This document shows, piece by piece, positions 33,057 through 43,341 of a stretch of 64,000 bases of DNA (position 1 is its first letter; each line of letters opens with the position of its first letter). The notes under the pieces are model-generated. The model did not search any database, was not told the origin of the DNA, and saw nothing but the letters and a program-made list of their open reading frames with translations. Position numbers and translations under genes: made by a program. The DNA comes from Isoptericola halotolerans (GTDB taxonomy: Bacteria; Actinomycetota; Actinomycetes; Actinomycetales; Cellulomonadaceae). The stretch spans positions 1,116,001 through 1,180,000 of the forward strand of contig NZ_JABEZU010000001.1 in NCBI RefSeq assembly GCF_013149785.1, given 5' to 3'.

Positions 33057-34051
33057 GCGGGGCGGCCGTGGAGGACCGGGTGGCGGTGGTCGGCCTCGGT
33101 CTGGTCGGTGGTTCGCTCGCCCGGCTGCTGGCCGCCCGCGGGGTGGACGTCGTGGCGACGGACGTCTCGCCGGCGACGCGCGCCGCCGCCCGCCGCGCCG
33201 GGCTGTCCGTCGCCGACGACCTGGCGGCCTGCGTGGCCGGTGCGGGGCTCGTCGTGCTGGCCACACCGCTGCGCGTGATGGCGACCGTGGCGCGCGAGGT
33301 GGCCGAGCACGCCCCGGCGTCGGCCACGGTGACGGACGTCGGCAGCGTCAAGGGTCCGGTGCGCGCCGCGGTGGTGGCGGCGGGCCTGGCCGGACGCTAT
33401 GTCGGTGCCCACCCGATGTCGGGGACCGAGCACAGCGGGTTCGACGCGTCGGACGCCGGGCTGCTGGACGGGGTGCGCTGGGCGGTCACCGTGGACGGCG
33501 AGGTCGAGCCCGACCGGCTCGCGGCCGTCCTCGGTCTCGTCACCGGCCCGTGCGCCGGCACCGCAGCCCTGCTCCTCGACGAGGTGCACGACGAGGCCGC
33601 AGCGCTGATCAGCCACGTGCCGCACGTGCTCGCGACCCAGCTCCTCAACGCCGTCGGCGGGGCACCGGTCCGTGACGTGGCGCTGGGGCTCGCGGCAGGG
33701 AGCTTTCGCGACGGGACGCGGGTGGCCTTCACCGACCCGGCGCGCACCGAGGCGATGGTCGCGCAGAACGCCGCCTGGGTGGCACCGGCGCTGCGCAAGG
33801 TGGTCCGCGACCTCGATCTGGTCATCGAGTCCCTGGAGAGCAACGGCTCGGCCCACGAGTTCTTCCACGCCGCCGACGAGGTGCGTGCGGGCGGACCACC
33901 CGGGCCGCCGGCCGTCGACCATGACGCCACGGTCGAACAGGTGCCGCGGTCCCCGGGCTGGCCGGCGACGCTGGTGGAGCGGTGCACGGCGGGAGCAGTC
34001 GTCGTGGGGATCGGCACGACGCACGTCGACGTGACGTCGCCGCGTCGGTAG
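33053..34051 (+). CDS. tyrA: Prephenate/arogenate dehydrogenase
   Basis: GLGLVGGS Rossmann motif, TDVGSVK, GAHPMSGTE, HDEAAALISHVPH, GSFRDGTRVA. Confidence 0.9.
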   Translation: MSGAAVEDRVAVVGLGLVGGSLARLLAARGVDVVATDVSPATRAAARRAGLSVADDLAACVAGAGLVVLATPLRVMATVAREVAEHAPASATVTDVGSVKGPVRAAVVAAGLAGRYVGAHPMSGTEHSGFDASDAGLLDGVRWAVTVDGEVEPDRLAAVLGLVTGPCAGTAALLLDEVHDEAAALISHVPHVLATQLLNAVGGAPVRDVALGLAAGSFRDGTRVAFTDPARTEAMVAQNAAWVAPALRKVVRDLDLVIESLESNGSAHEFFHAADEVRAGGPPGPPAVDHDATVEQVPRSPGWPATLVERCTAGAVVVGIGTTHVDVTSPRR

Positions 34052-34054
34052 CCG

Positions 34055-34351
34055 TCAGCCGGGTCGATCCCCGCGTCGGACCGGGCGTGGAGGGAGCGGC
34101 TTCGCGACCTCGACGTCCTCGGCCCCGATCCTGACCTCCGTGCCGGCTCCGGGGGCGTCGCGGCGCGCGGGGTCGCGTCGCAGGGTGATCCCGGCGCGGT
34201 CCACGGCGACGACCACGCCGACGACGTCGGTCCATCTCCGGCCGCTCGCCTCGGCCTCGACGGGTGCCAGCCGCCGCCGGACGACGGCTCGGGTCCCGGC
34301 GGGCCAGTCTCGCCAGTCGGACGATCCGGGGAGCGCGTGCGGGGATGTCAC
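34055..34351 (-). CDS. Small hypothetical protein (SH3-like beta fold predicted), divergent from fdxA
   Basis: GTRAVVRRRL...WTDVVGVV...DVEVAKPLPPRP, similar to conserved actinobacterial fdxA neighbours; TAGTAT 7 nt upstream of GTG. Confidence 0.75.
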   Translation of the reverse strand: MTSPHALPGSSDWRDWPAGTRAVVRRRLAPVEAEASGRRWTDVVGVVVAVDRAGITLRRDPARRDAPGAGTEVRIGAEDVEVAKPLPPRPVRRGDRPG

Positions 34352-34358
34352 GTGAGCG

Positions 34359-34368
34359 ATACTAGAGT
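34359..34368. promoter_or_regulatory. Overlapping divergent -10 elements
   Basis: atactagagt reads TAGTAT on - strand (34364-34359) and TAGAGT on + strand (34363-34368). Confidence 0.55.
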
Positions 34369-34421
34369 GCCTCCAGTACCACCCGGAGTCCGCTCCACCC
34401 GTGACCTGAAAGGTAACTGCA

Positions 34422-34739
34422 GTGACCTACGTGATCGCTCAGCCGTGCGTCGACGTCAAGGACAAGGCGTGCATCGAGGAGTGTCCCGTGGACTGCATCT
34501 ACGAGGGCTCCCGCTCGCTGTACATCCACCCCGACGAGTGCGTGGACTGCGGAGCCTGCGAGCCGGTCTGCCCGGTCGAGGCCATCTACTACGAGGACGA
34601 CGTCCCCGAGGAGTGGAAGGACTACTACCGTGCGAACGTGGAGTTCTTCGACGACCTCGGCTCGCCCGGCGGCGCGGCGAAGATGGGCGTCATCGAGAAG
34701 GACGACCCGATGATCGCCGGTCTGCCGCCGCAGGCCTGA
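34422..34739 (+). CDS. fdxA: 7Fe-type ferredoxin FdxA
   Basis: TYVIAQPCVDVKDKACIEECPVDCIY...CVDCGACEPVCPVEAI; GAAAGG RBS. Confidence 0.97.
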   Translation: MTYVIAQPCVDVKDKACIEECPVDCIYEGSRSLYIHPDECVDCGACEPVCPVEAIYYEDDVPEEWKDYYRANVEFFDDLGSPGGAAKMGVIEKDDPMIAGLPPQA

Positions 34740-34755
34740 GCGCGACCGTCGAGCT

Positions 34756-35904
34756 GTGGGACTCGCCGACCTGAGGGCGCTGCCCTACCCGTGGGACACC
34801 CTCGGTGACGTGCGCGCCACGGCGGCCGCCCACCCGGGAGGGATGGTCGACCTGTCGGTCGGCACCCCGGTGGACCCGACGCCCCCGGTCGTCCGCGACG
34901 CCCTCGCCGGCGCCGCGGACGCCCCCGGGTATCCGCTGACCCACGGCACCGCCGCGCTGCGCGAGGCCGTCGCCGGGTGGTTCGCACGGCGTCGCGGTGT
35001 GCCCGGTCTGGACCCGGCCGGGGTGATGCCCACGATCGGCTCCAAGGAGCTGGTGGGGCTGCTGCCGTCGCTGCTGCGGCTCGGGCCGGGCGACGTCGTC
35101 GTCCACCCCGAGATCGCCTATCCGACCTACGACGTCGGCGCGCGGCTCGCCGGGGCCACGCCGCTGCCTGCCGACGACGTCGCCGCCTGGGCCGGGCGCG
35201 ACGACGTGCGCCTGGTCTGGGTGAACTCGCCGTCGAACCCCACGGGTGCCGTGGCCGACGTCGAGAGGCTCGCGGCCGTCGTGGCGGCGGCGCGCGCGGC
35301 GGGTGCGGTCGTCGTGAGCGACGAGTGCTACGCCGAGCTGCCGTGGGAGCCGCAGCAGGTCGCGGCGGACGGGACCAGCCGGGTGCCGAGCCTGCTCGAC
35401 CCCCGGGTGTGCGGCGGCTCGCACGACGGCCTGCTGGTCGCCTACTCCCTGTCGAAGCAGTCGAACCTCGCCGGGTACCGGGCGGCGTTCGTCGCGGGGG
35501 ACCCCGCCCTGGTCGGCGACCTGCTCGCCACCCGCAAGCACCTGGGCATGATCGTCCCCGCCCCGGTGCAGGCGGCGATGGTCGCGGGGCTGGGTGACGA
35601 TGCCCACGTCATGGCCCAGCGCGAGCGGTACCGGCGCCGGCGCGACCTGCTGCTGCCCGCGCTGCGCGAGGCAGGGTTCGTCGTCGACCACTCGCAGGCG
35701 GGCCTCTACCTGTGGGTCCGACGCGTGGACGACTCCGCTGGTCCGGCGGGATCGCGCGACCTGGCGCGGTGGTTCGCCGAGCGAGGCGTGCTCGTCGGGC
35801 CCGGGGAGTTCTACGGCGGCGCGGGTGCCCGGCACGTGCGGGTCGCGCTGACGGCCACCGACGACGACGTCTCGTCCGCTGTGGCGCGCATCACATCTCC
35901 TTGA
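34756..35904 (+). CDS. dapC: N-succinyldiaminopimelate aminotransferase
   Basis: DLSVGTPVDP, NSPSNPTG, SDECY, SLSKQSNLAGYR; fdxA-dapC synteny. Confidence 0.93.
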   Translation: MGLADLRALPYPWDTLGDVRATAAAHPGGMVDLSVGTPVDPTPPVVRDALAGAADAPGYPLTHGTAALREAVAGWFARRRGVPGLDPAGVMPTIGSKELVGLLPSLLRLGPGDVVVHPEIAYPTYDVGARLAGATPLPADDVAAWAGRDDVRLVWVNSPSNPTGAVADVERLAAVVAAARAAGAVVVSDECYAELPWEPQQVAADGTSRVPSLLDPRVCGGSHDGLLVAYSLSKQSNLAGYRAAFVAGDPALVGDLLATRKHLGMIVPAPVQAAMVAGLGDDAHVMAQRERYRRRRDLLLPALREAGFVVDHSQAGLYLWVRRVDDSAGPAGSRDLARWFAERGVLVGPGEFYGGAGARHVRVALTATDDDVSSAVARITSP

Positions 35905-36075
35905 CGCAGGGATTGGAACCGCATGGGATCGGGAGGGTAGTTTTATCCGCAGGCCGCGGCTGCCCTGCGGAGACGCCCTCAGGTGGTCCCGTGCGGTAGT
36001 CCATGACATTGCCATGAGTTCACGTGTCCCGGGCCCCGACGACGGGGTCGCGGTGGCCCGTCAGGGAAGGAAGAC

Positions 36076-37377
<1,302 letters not shown>

Positions 37378-37382
37378 GGCAG

Positions 37383-37430
37383 CACGCTCCACGCGGGGAG
37401 GAGCCGCTGCTCCGCCCCGCGTGGAGCGTG
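37383..37430. terminator. Bidirectional hairpin between convergent genes
   Basis: cacgctccacgcggggaggagc / gctccgccccgcgtggagcgtg, one mismatch. Confidence 0.75.
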
Positions 37431-37432
37431 AT

Positions 37433-38335
37433 CTACCCGGGCGGTGACCCGACCGCGACGAGGACCTGGTCCGCGGACGTCGGGTCGGCGCTGTCGTCGA
37501 GCGGAGCCCAGACCGCGTCGGCGCGTGTCCAGACCTGGTCGCCCGCGCGGACCTCGACGACGTCGGTGACGCTCGCGGTGGCCACCGCCCAGTGGGCCAC
37601 GGCCCAGACCGACCTGTCGGGGTCCTCGTAGCCCAGGGTCGTGGCGTCGATCGCCTGCCGGACCTCGTCGGCGTCCGGCTCGACGGCGGTCACGGCGTCG
37701 GCAGGGATGCCCAGGTCCTGGCGCAGCCGGTCGACGAGGTCGACCGGCTCGTCCTCGGTCACCGCGAAGAGCTGGCACGTGAGCGACCCGGGGGAGTGCC
37801 CGGTCAGTGCCGACGCCCACGCCCGCGACCGTGTCTCGTGCTGGGCGTACGCCTCGGGGAAGGCGGAACGCTGGACCGCCTGGGCGGCGACCGTGACCTC
37901 CATGTCCTGCCAGCCGTCGACCTCCACGAGCCCGTCGTAGAACGCGTTCGTGGAGTAGACCGGGTCCATGATCTCCGCCGGGGTTCCCCAGCCCTGGGAG
38001 GGCCGCTGCTGGAACAACCCCAGCGAGTCGCGGTCGCCGTAGTCGATGTTGACCAGGCTGGACTCCTGCAGGGCTGTCGCCACCCCGATCGTCGCGGCAC
38101 GCGCCGGCAGGTCGCGCTGGATCGAGGTGCCGACGATCAGGGCGGCGTTCTGCGACTGGACCGTGGTCAGGTACCAGTCGGCGCCGTCGAGCGTGGCCGC
38201 GCACCGCTGACGGCTCAGGGCGGGCTCGCGCTCCGAGAGGAACCACACCACACCACCGACGGCGAGCGCCCCGACCGCCAGGACGGCGACGACGGCACTC
38301 GCCGAGACCGCGGCCGAGCGCCGTCGTCGGCTCAT
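37433..38335 (-). CDS. Membrane-anchored protein with lysozyme-like domain
   Basis: N-terminal TM; ATALQESSLVNIDYGDRDSLGLFQQRPSQGWG and AAQAVQRSAFPEAY motifs. Confidence 0.75.
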   Translation of the reverse strand: MSRRRRSAAVSASAVVAVLAVGALAVGGVVWFLSEREPALSRQRCAATLDGADWYLTTVQSQNAALIVGTSIQRDLPARAATIGVATALQESSLVNIDYGDRDSLGLFQQRPSQGWGTPAEIMDPVYSTNAFYDGLVEVDGWQDMEVTVAAQAVQRSAFPEAYAQHETRSRAWASALTGHSPGSLTCQLFAVTEDEPVDLVDRLRQDLGIPADAVTAVEPDADEVRQAIDATTLGYEDPDRSVWAVAHWAVATASVTDVVEVRAGDQVWTRADAVWAPLDDSADPTSADQVLVAVGSPPG

Positions 38336-39300
38336 CAGTTGGCGTGCAGCGCGGCGTTGAGCTCGACGCCCGAGGCACGCGACAGCACCTCGACCGCACC
38401 GGTGCGGGAGTTGCGGCGGAACAGCAGGTTGCTGCGCCCCGAGAGGTCGACTGCCTTGACCACCCGCGGCTCGCCGTCGTCACCCATGTCGTCCAGCACG
38501 GTGACCTTGGTACCGGCGGTGACGTACAGGCCGGCCTCGACGACGCAGTCGTCGCCGAGCGCGATGCCGAGCCCGGCGTTCGCCCCCAGCAGGCAGCGCT
38601 CGCCGATCGAGATGACCTCCTTGCCGCCTCCGGACAGGGTGCCCATGATCGAGGCGCCGCCTCCCACGTCCGAGCCGTCGCCGACGACGACGCCGGCGGA
38701 GATCCGGCCCTCGACCATCGACGCGCCGAGGGTGCCGGCGTTGAAGTTCACGAAGCCCTCGTGCATGACGGTGGTGCCCTCGGCCAGGTGGGCGCCCAGG
38801 CGCACCCGGTCGGCGTCGGCGATGCGGACGCCCGAGGGCACGACGTAGTCGACCATGCGGGGGAACTTGTCGATGCCGTAGACCGTCACCGGCTTGTCCG
38901 TCGAGGCGCGCAGCCGCAGCCGTGTCAGCTCGAAGCCCTCGACGCAGCACGGCCCGTGGGAGGTCCACACCACGTTGGTGAGCTTGCCGAAGACCCCGTC
39001 GAGGTTCAGCCCGTGCGGCGGCACCAGACGGTGGGAGACGAGGTGGAGCCGCAGGTAGGCGTCCGCGGCGTCCACGGGCGGGGCGTCGAGGTCGATCCGG
39101 GTGTGCACGACCGCCACGTCCACCCGTCGCGCGTCGTCCCGCTGGGAGAGCGCGGAGAGGTCGGCGGGGACGTCGACGTCGTCGGGGGCCTCGCCGAGCG
39201 CCGGCGCGGGGTACCAGACGTCGAGCGTAGTGCCGTCGTCGGCCACGGTCGCCAGACCGAGGCCCCAGGCGGAACGGGAGGTGGTGGTGGGCGTCGTCAT
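38335..39300 (-). CDS. dapD: 2,3,4,5-tetrahydropyridine-2,6-dicarboxylate N-succinyltransferase
   Basis: [46 protein letters not shown] hexapeptide repeats. Confidence 0.96.
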   Translation of the reverse strand: MTTPTTTSRSAWGLGLATVADDGTTLDVWYPAPALGEAPDDVDVPADLSALSQRDDARRVDVAVVHTRIDLDAPPVDAADAYLRLHLVSHRLVPPHGLNLDGVFGKLTNVVWTSHGPCCVEGFELTRLRLRASTDKPVTVYGIDKFPRMVDYVVPSGVRIADADRVRLGAHLAEGTTVMHEGFVNFNAGTLGASMVEGRISAGVVVGDGSDVGGGASIMGTLSGGGKEVISIGERCLLGANAGLGIALGDDCVVEAGLYVTAGTKVTVLDDMGDDGEPRVVKAVDLSGRSNLLFRRNSRTGAVEVLSRASGVELNAALHAN

Positions 39301-39338
39301 GGCACCAGCCTATCGGCGCGAGGTGGCACGATGAACGC
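39301..39338. promoter_or_regulatory. Compact divergent promoter region for dapD and dapE
   Basis: TAGGCT (- strand, 39312-39307) 6 nt before dapD ATG; CACGAT (39327-39332) 6 nt before dapE GTG; no SD for either. Confidence 0.55.
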
Positions 39339-40496
39339 GTGACCAGCCTGCAGAACCGTTTCGACCCCGCTCTCGTCGACCCTGCGACCCTCCCGTCCTC
39401 CGACCTGGCGGACCTCCTCGCCGCCGTGTGCGACATCGAGTCCGTCTCGGGCGACGAGACCGCTCTCGCCGACGCCGTCGAGGCGCTGCTGCGCGACCAG
39501 CCGCACCTCGAGGTGACGCGCGACGGCGACGCGGTCGTCGCGCGCACGCTCCTCGGCCGCGAGCGGCGCGTGGTGCTGGCCGGCCACCTGGACACGGTGC
39601 CGCTCACCGACCCGCCGAACCTGCCGACCCGGCTGGAGGGCACCGGCGACGACCGGGTGCTGTGGGGCCGCGGCACGGTCGACATGAAGGCTGGTGTCGC
39701 CGTCATGCTGGCGCTCGCGGTCGAGCTGGGGCGGCAGGGCGACGAGCAGAGCACCGAGCCCGTGGTCGACCTCACCTACGTGTTCTACGACCACGAGGAG
39801 GTCGAGGCCGCCAAGAGCGGGCTGGGCCGGTTGGCGCGCCACCGTCCCGACCTGCTGGCGGGTGACTTCGCGGTGCTCGGTGAGCCGACCTCGGCGGACA
39901 TCGAGGGCGGCTGCCAGGGCACGATCCGGGTCGAGGTGCGTACCCGTGGTGTCGCCGCGCACTCGGCCCGCTCGTGGCGGGGCGAGAACGCGATCCACGC
40001 CGCCGCGCCGATCCTGGCGCGGCTCGCCGGCTATCGCGCGGCCGAGGTCGAGGTCGACGGGCTGGTCTACCGCGAGGGCGTCAACGCCGTGGGAATCCAC
40101 GGTGGCATCGCGGGCAACGTGGTGCCGGACGCGTGCACCGTGACCGTGAACTACCGGTTCGCGCCGTCCCGTGACCTCGCCGAGGCCGAGGCGCACCTGC
40201 GCGAGCTCTTCGACGGCTACGAGGTGACCGTCACCGACGCCTCGCCCGGTGCCCGTCCCGGCCTCGACGACCCGCTCGCCGCCGACTTCGCCGCCGCCGT
40301 GCTGGAGCTCACCGGCGGGGTCCCGAAGCCCAAGTTCGGGTGGACCGACGTCGCCCGGTTCGCCGAGCTGGGGATCCCGGCGGTGAACTTCGCCCCGGGA
40401 GACCCCTCGCTGGCCCACGCCGACGACGAGCGCGTCCCCGTGCGGGAGCTGGCCGTGTGCCGTGACGCGCTGCGCACCTGGCTGCGTGGTGCGTAG
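39339..40496 (+). CDS. dapE: Succinyl-diaminopimelate desuccinylase
   Basis: [41 protein letters not shown]. Confidence 0.95.
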   Translation: MTSLQNRFDPALVDPATLPSSDLADLLAAVCDIESVSGDETALADAVEALLRDQPHLEVTRDGDAVVARTLLGRERRVVLAGHLDTVPLTDPPNLPTRLEGTGDDRVLWGRGTVDMKAGVAVMLALAVELGRQGDEQSTEPVVDLTYVFYDHEEVEAAKSGLGRLARHRPDLLAGDFAVLGEPTSADIEGGCQGTIRVEVRTRGVAAHSARSWRGENAIHAAAPILARLAGYRAAEVEVDGLVYREGVNAVGIHGGIAGNVVPDACTVTVNYRFAPSRDLAEAEAHLRELFDGYEVTVTDASPGARPGLDDPLAADFAAAVLELTGGVPKPKFGWTDVARFAELGIPAVNFAPGDPSLAHADDERVPVRELAVCRDALRTWLRGA

Positions 40497-40506
40497 TCTC
40501 GCTCCC

Positions 40507-41286
40507 ATGAGCGAACGCACCGACGACGGCGTCCAGCAGACCGGGAGGGGATACCGCAAGGGTCCGGTCCTGCTGCGTGGCACCGAGATCCCGGACACCA
40601 CCACCGACCAGCGCCTGCTGGCCACCGGCGAAGGCACCGACTGGGTGCACTCCGACCCGTGGCGGGTGATGCGCATCCAGGCCGAGTTCGTCGAGGGCTT
40701 CGGCGCGCTCGCCGAGGTGGGTCCGGCGGTGTCGGTGTTCGGCTCGGCCCGCACCCGCAACGACCACCCGGACTACGGCCTCGCCGTCGAGGTCGGTGGC
40801 CTGCTGGTGGACGCGGGCTACGCGGTCATCACGGGTGGCGGGCCCGGCATCATGGAGGCCGCCAACAAGGGCGCCGCGGAGGCCGGGGGCACCTCGATCG
40901 GTCTGGGCATCGAGCTGCCGTTCGAGCAGGGCATGAACGAGTACGTCAACCGGGGGGTGAGCTTCCGGTACTTCTTCGCCCGCAAGACGATGTTCGTCAA
41001 GTACGCCCAGGGGTTCATCGTGCTCCCCGGGGGCTTCGGCACCTTCGACGAGCTCTTCGAGGCGATCACCCTGGTCCAGACCCACAAGGTCACGGGCTTC
41101 CCGCTCGTGCTCGTCGGGACCGAGTACTGGAGCGGGCTGCTCGAGTGGGTGCGCACCGCCGTCGTCGACCGCGGCATGGTCAGCCCCACCGACCTCGACC
41201 TGCTGCACCTGACCGACTCCGCGGCCGACGCGGTGTCGTACGTGGTCGAGCGGGGCCGGGCGCTCGCCGCCGAGTTCCGCACGTGA
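40507..41286 (+). CDS. LOG family (TIGR00730) nucleotide phosphoribohydrolase
   Basis: FGSAR, TGGGPGIMEAANKG, YFFARKTMF, PGGFGTFDE. Confidence 0.93.
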   Translation: MSERTDDGVQQTGRGYRKGPVLLRGTEIPDTTTDQRLLATGEGTDWVHSDPWRVMRIQAEFVEGFGALAEVGPAVSVFGSARTRNDHPDYGLAVEVGGLLVDAGYAVITGGGPGIMEAANKGAAEAGGTSIGLGIELPFEQGMNEYVNRGVSFRYFFARKTMFVKYAQGFIVLPGGFGTFDELFEAITLVQTHKVTGFPLVLVGTEYWSGLLEWVRTAVVDRGMVSPTDLDLLHLTDSAADAVSYVVERGRALAAEFRT

Positions 41287-42227
41287 TCCCGCCCGCCGGA
41301 GCACCGCTCGTGCTCCGGGGCCGCGAGGTCGGCCGGGACGACGACGGCTCGGTGCGACCGGTGGTCATGGCCATCGTCAACCGGACCACCGACTCCTTCT
41401 ACGCACCGGCGCGCTTCTCCGAGGACGACCGGGCGCTGGAGGCGGCTCATCGTGCCTGGCAGGAGGGTGCGGAGATCCTGGACGTGGGCGGGGTGCGGGC
41501 CGGGGTGGGTCCGGAGGTCGGTGCCGCCGAGGAGATCGACCGGGTCGTGCCGTTCGTCGCCCGGGTGCGTTCGGAGCTGCCGGAGCTCCTGATCAGCGTC
41601 GACACGTGGCGCTCGGAGGTCGCCCGGGCCGCCGTCGAGGCGGGCGCCGACCTGCTCAACGACACCTGGGCGGGACACGACCCTGCGCTGGTCGAGGTGG
41701 CAGGGGGCGCCGGCGTCGGCGTCGTCTGCTCGCACACCGGAGGCGCGCGCCCCCGGACCGACCCCTGGCGTGTGGAGTACCAGCCCGGCGACGCCGCTCA
41801 GGACGGGCCCGGGGCCGCCGACCCGCGCGACGGCGTCACGCGAGACGTCCTGCGGACGCTCGGCGAGTCGGCCCGCCGGGCCGTCGCGTGCGGAGTGCCG
41901 CCGTCGTCGGTGCTCGTGGACCCCACCCACGACTTCGGCAAGAACACCTGGCACTCGCTGCACCTGCTGCGCCGGACCGAGGAGCTGGCCCGGCTCGGTC
42001 ACCCCGTGCTCATGGCTCTCAGCCGCAAGGACTTCGTCGGGGAGACGCTCGGCCTCGAACCGGACGAGCGGCTGCCCGGAACCCTCGCGGCGACGGCGCT
42101 CGCGGCCTGGCACGGGGCCCGGGTGTTCCGCACCCACGACGTGGTACCGACGCGCCAGGCGCTCGAGATGGTGGCTGCCGTGCGCGACGAGGCGCCGCCC
42201 CGTGCGGCGTCGCGCGGGATGGCGTGA
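41283..42227 (+). CDS. folP2: Dihydropteroate synthase-like protein (FolP2 type)
   Basis: MAIVNRTTDSFY, DVGGVRAG, SVDTWR, DPTHDFGKNT, SRKDF, FRTHDV. Confidence 0.85.
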   Translation: MIPPAGAPLVLRGREVGRDDDGSVRPVVMAIVNRTTDSFYAPARFSEDDRALEAAHRAWQEGAEILDVGGVRAGVGPEVGAAEEIDRVVPFVARVRSELPELLISVDTWRSEVARAAVEAGADLLNDTWAGHDPALVEVAGGAGVGVVCSHTGGARPRTDPWRVEYQPGDAAQDGPGAADPRDGVTRDVLRTLGESARRAVACGVPPSSVLVDPTHDFGKNTWHSLHLLRRTEELARLGHPVLMALSRKDFVGETLGLEPDERLPGTLAATALAAWHGARVFRTHDVVPTRQALEMVAAVRDEAPPRAASRGMA

Positions 42228-42368
42228 CCGGGACCGCACCAGGCCCGCAGTAGAATGGTGAGGCACGCCTCAACCTGCGCGGCCGTGCCGGCGGCGTCGA
42301 CCCGCGGCCGGGGCGAGGGCCGGAGCAGGTGGGGCCAGGGAACCGGACAACGGAATGGAGAGCCACAC

Positions 42369-42536
42369 ATGGCTGCGATGAAGCCGCGCACGGGCGACGG
42401 ACCGCTCGAGGTCACCAAGGAGGGACGCGGCATCGTCATGCGTGTGCCGTTGGAGGGCGGCGGTCGCCTGGTCGTCGAGCTGAACGCGACCGAGGCCGGC
42501 GAGCTGGGCGAGGCCCTCCAGGCCGTCACCGGCTGA
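42369..42536 (+). CDS. DUF3117 family small protein
   Basis: [38 protein letters not shown], highly conserved in actinobacteria; GGAG RBS. Confidence 0.92.
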   Translation: MAAMKPRTGDGPLEVTKEGRGIVMRVPLEGGGRLVVELNATEAGELGEALQAVTG

Positions 42537-42564
42537 GTCGGCCTCGCCGACGACGCACGAACTC

Positions 42565-42599
42565 ACGGGCGCGGAGCGGGAGACCTGCTCCGCGCCCGT
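42565..42599. terminator. Hairpin between convergent DUF3117 and methyltransferase genes
   Basis: acgggcgcggagcgg / cctgctccgcgcccgt. Confidence 0.7.
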
Positions 42600-42606
42600 C
42601 GCGCTG

Positions 42607-43257
42607 CTACCGCCGCACCGCCAGCAGGATGCCGTCGCCCACCGGCACCATCGCGGGGACGAGACGCTCGTCCTCCCGGACGGCGTGGGCGAGACGGCGC
42701 ACCAGGGCCGTCGTCTCGTCGTGCCGGTCGGGGTCCAGCACGCGGCCGCCCAGCAGCGCGTCCACGACGACGAGCACCCCACCCGGGCGGAGCAGCCGCA
42801 CTGCCGCTTCCACGTACTCCGCGCGGGCGTGCGGGTCGATCGCCACCAGCACCAGGTCGTACGCGCCGTCGGTGAGCCGCGGCAGCACGTCCAGCGGAGG
42901 CCGCACGATCGTGCGGGTGCGGTGCACCGGCACGCCCTCCTCGGCGTAGGCCAGCTTGGCCGCGCGCTGGTGCTCCGACTCGGCGTCGATCGTCGTCAGG
43001 ACGCCGTCCGGGGCCATGCCCCGCAGCATCCACAGCGACGCGACCCCGGCGCCGGTACCGATCTCGACGACGGCGCGCGCGCGGAGCGCCGCCGCGACCA
43101 CCTGCAGCAGGGCTCCGGTGCCGGGGGAGACCGAGGCGCAGCCGAGCTGCGCCGCCCGTTCGCGGGCGCGCAGGAGCGTCACGTCCTCGGTGAGGAACGT
43201 CTCGCTGAAGGCCCAGGCGGCCGTCGGGTCGCCCTGGGCACCGACCCCGGTGGTGAT
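42607..43257 (-). CDS. SAM-dependent O-methyltransferase (Rv1220c-like)
   Basis: [30 protein letters not shown]; divergent from sigE; start placed at ATC after a GAGGGGG SD (uncertain). Confidence 0.88.
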   Translation of the reverse strand: MTTGVGAQGDPTAAWAFSETFLTEDVTLLRARERAAQLGCASVSPGTGALLQVVAAALRARAVVEIGTGAGVASLWMLRGMAPDGVLTTIDAESEHQRAAKLAYAEEGVPVHRTRTIVRPPLDVLPRLTDGAYDLVLVAIDPHARAEYVEAAVRLLRPGGVLVVVDALLGGRVLDPDRHDETTALVRRLAHAVREDERLVPAMVPVGDGILLAVRR

Positions 43258-43295
43258 GGCGGCCCCCTCGGATTGCTGCGCTGCGATCGTACGTG

Positions 43296-43321
43296 GGAAC
43301 CACCCAGGGTGCTCACACGTT
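43296..43321 (+). promoter_or_regulatory. ECF sigma (SigE/SigH/SigR-type) promoter upstream of sigE
   Basis: GGAAC-N17-CGTT matches the actinobacterial SigE/SigH consensus. Confidence 0.75.
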
Positions 43322-43341
43322 CGCATGGGACGATGGCCTTG

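Noticed and set aside
42339..42360. GGAAC upstream of DUF3117 as an ECF promoter
   Set aside because: No GTT/CGTT -10 at 17-18 nt spacing
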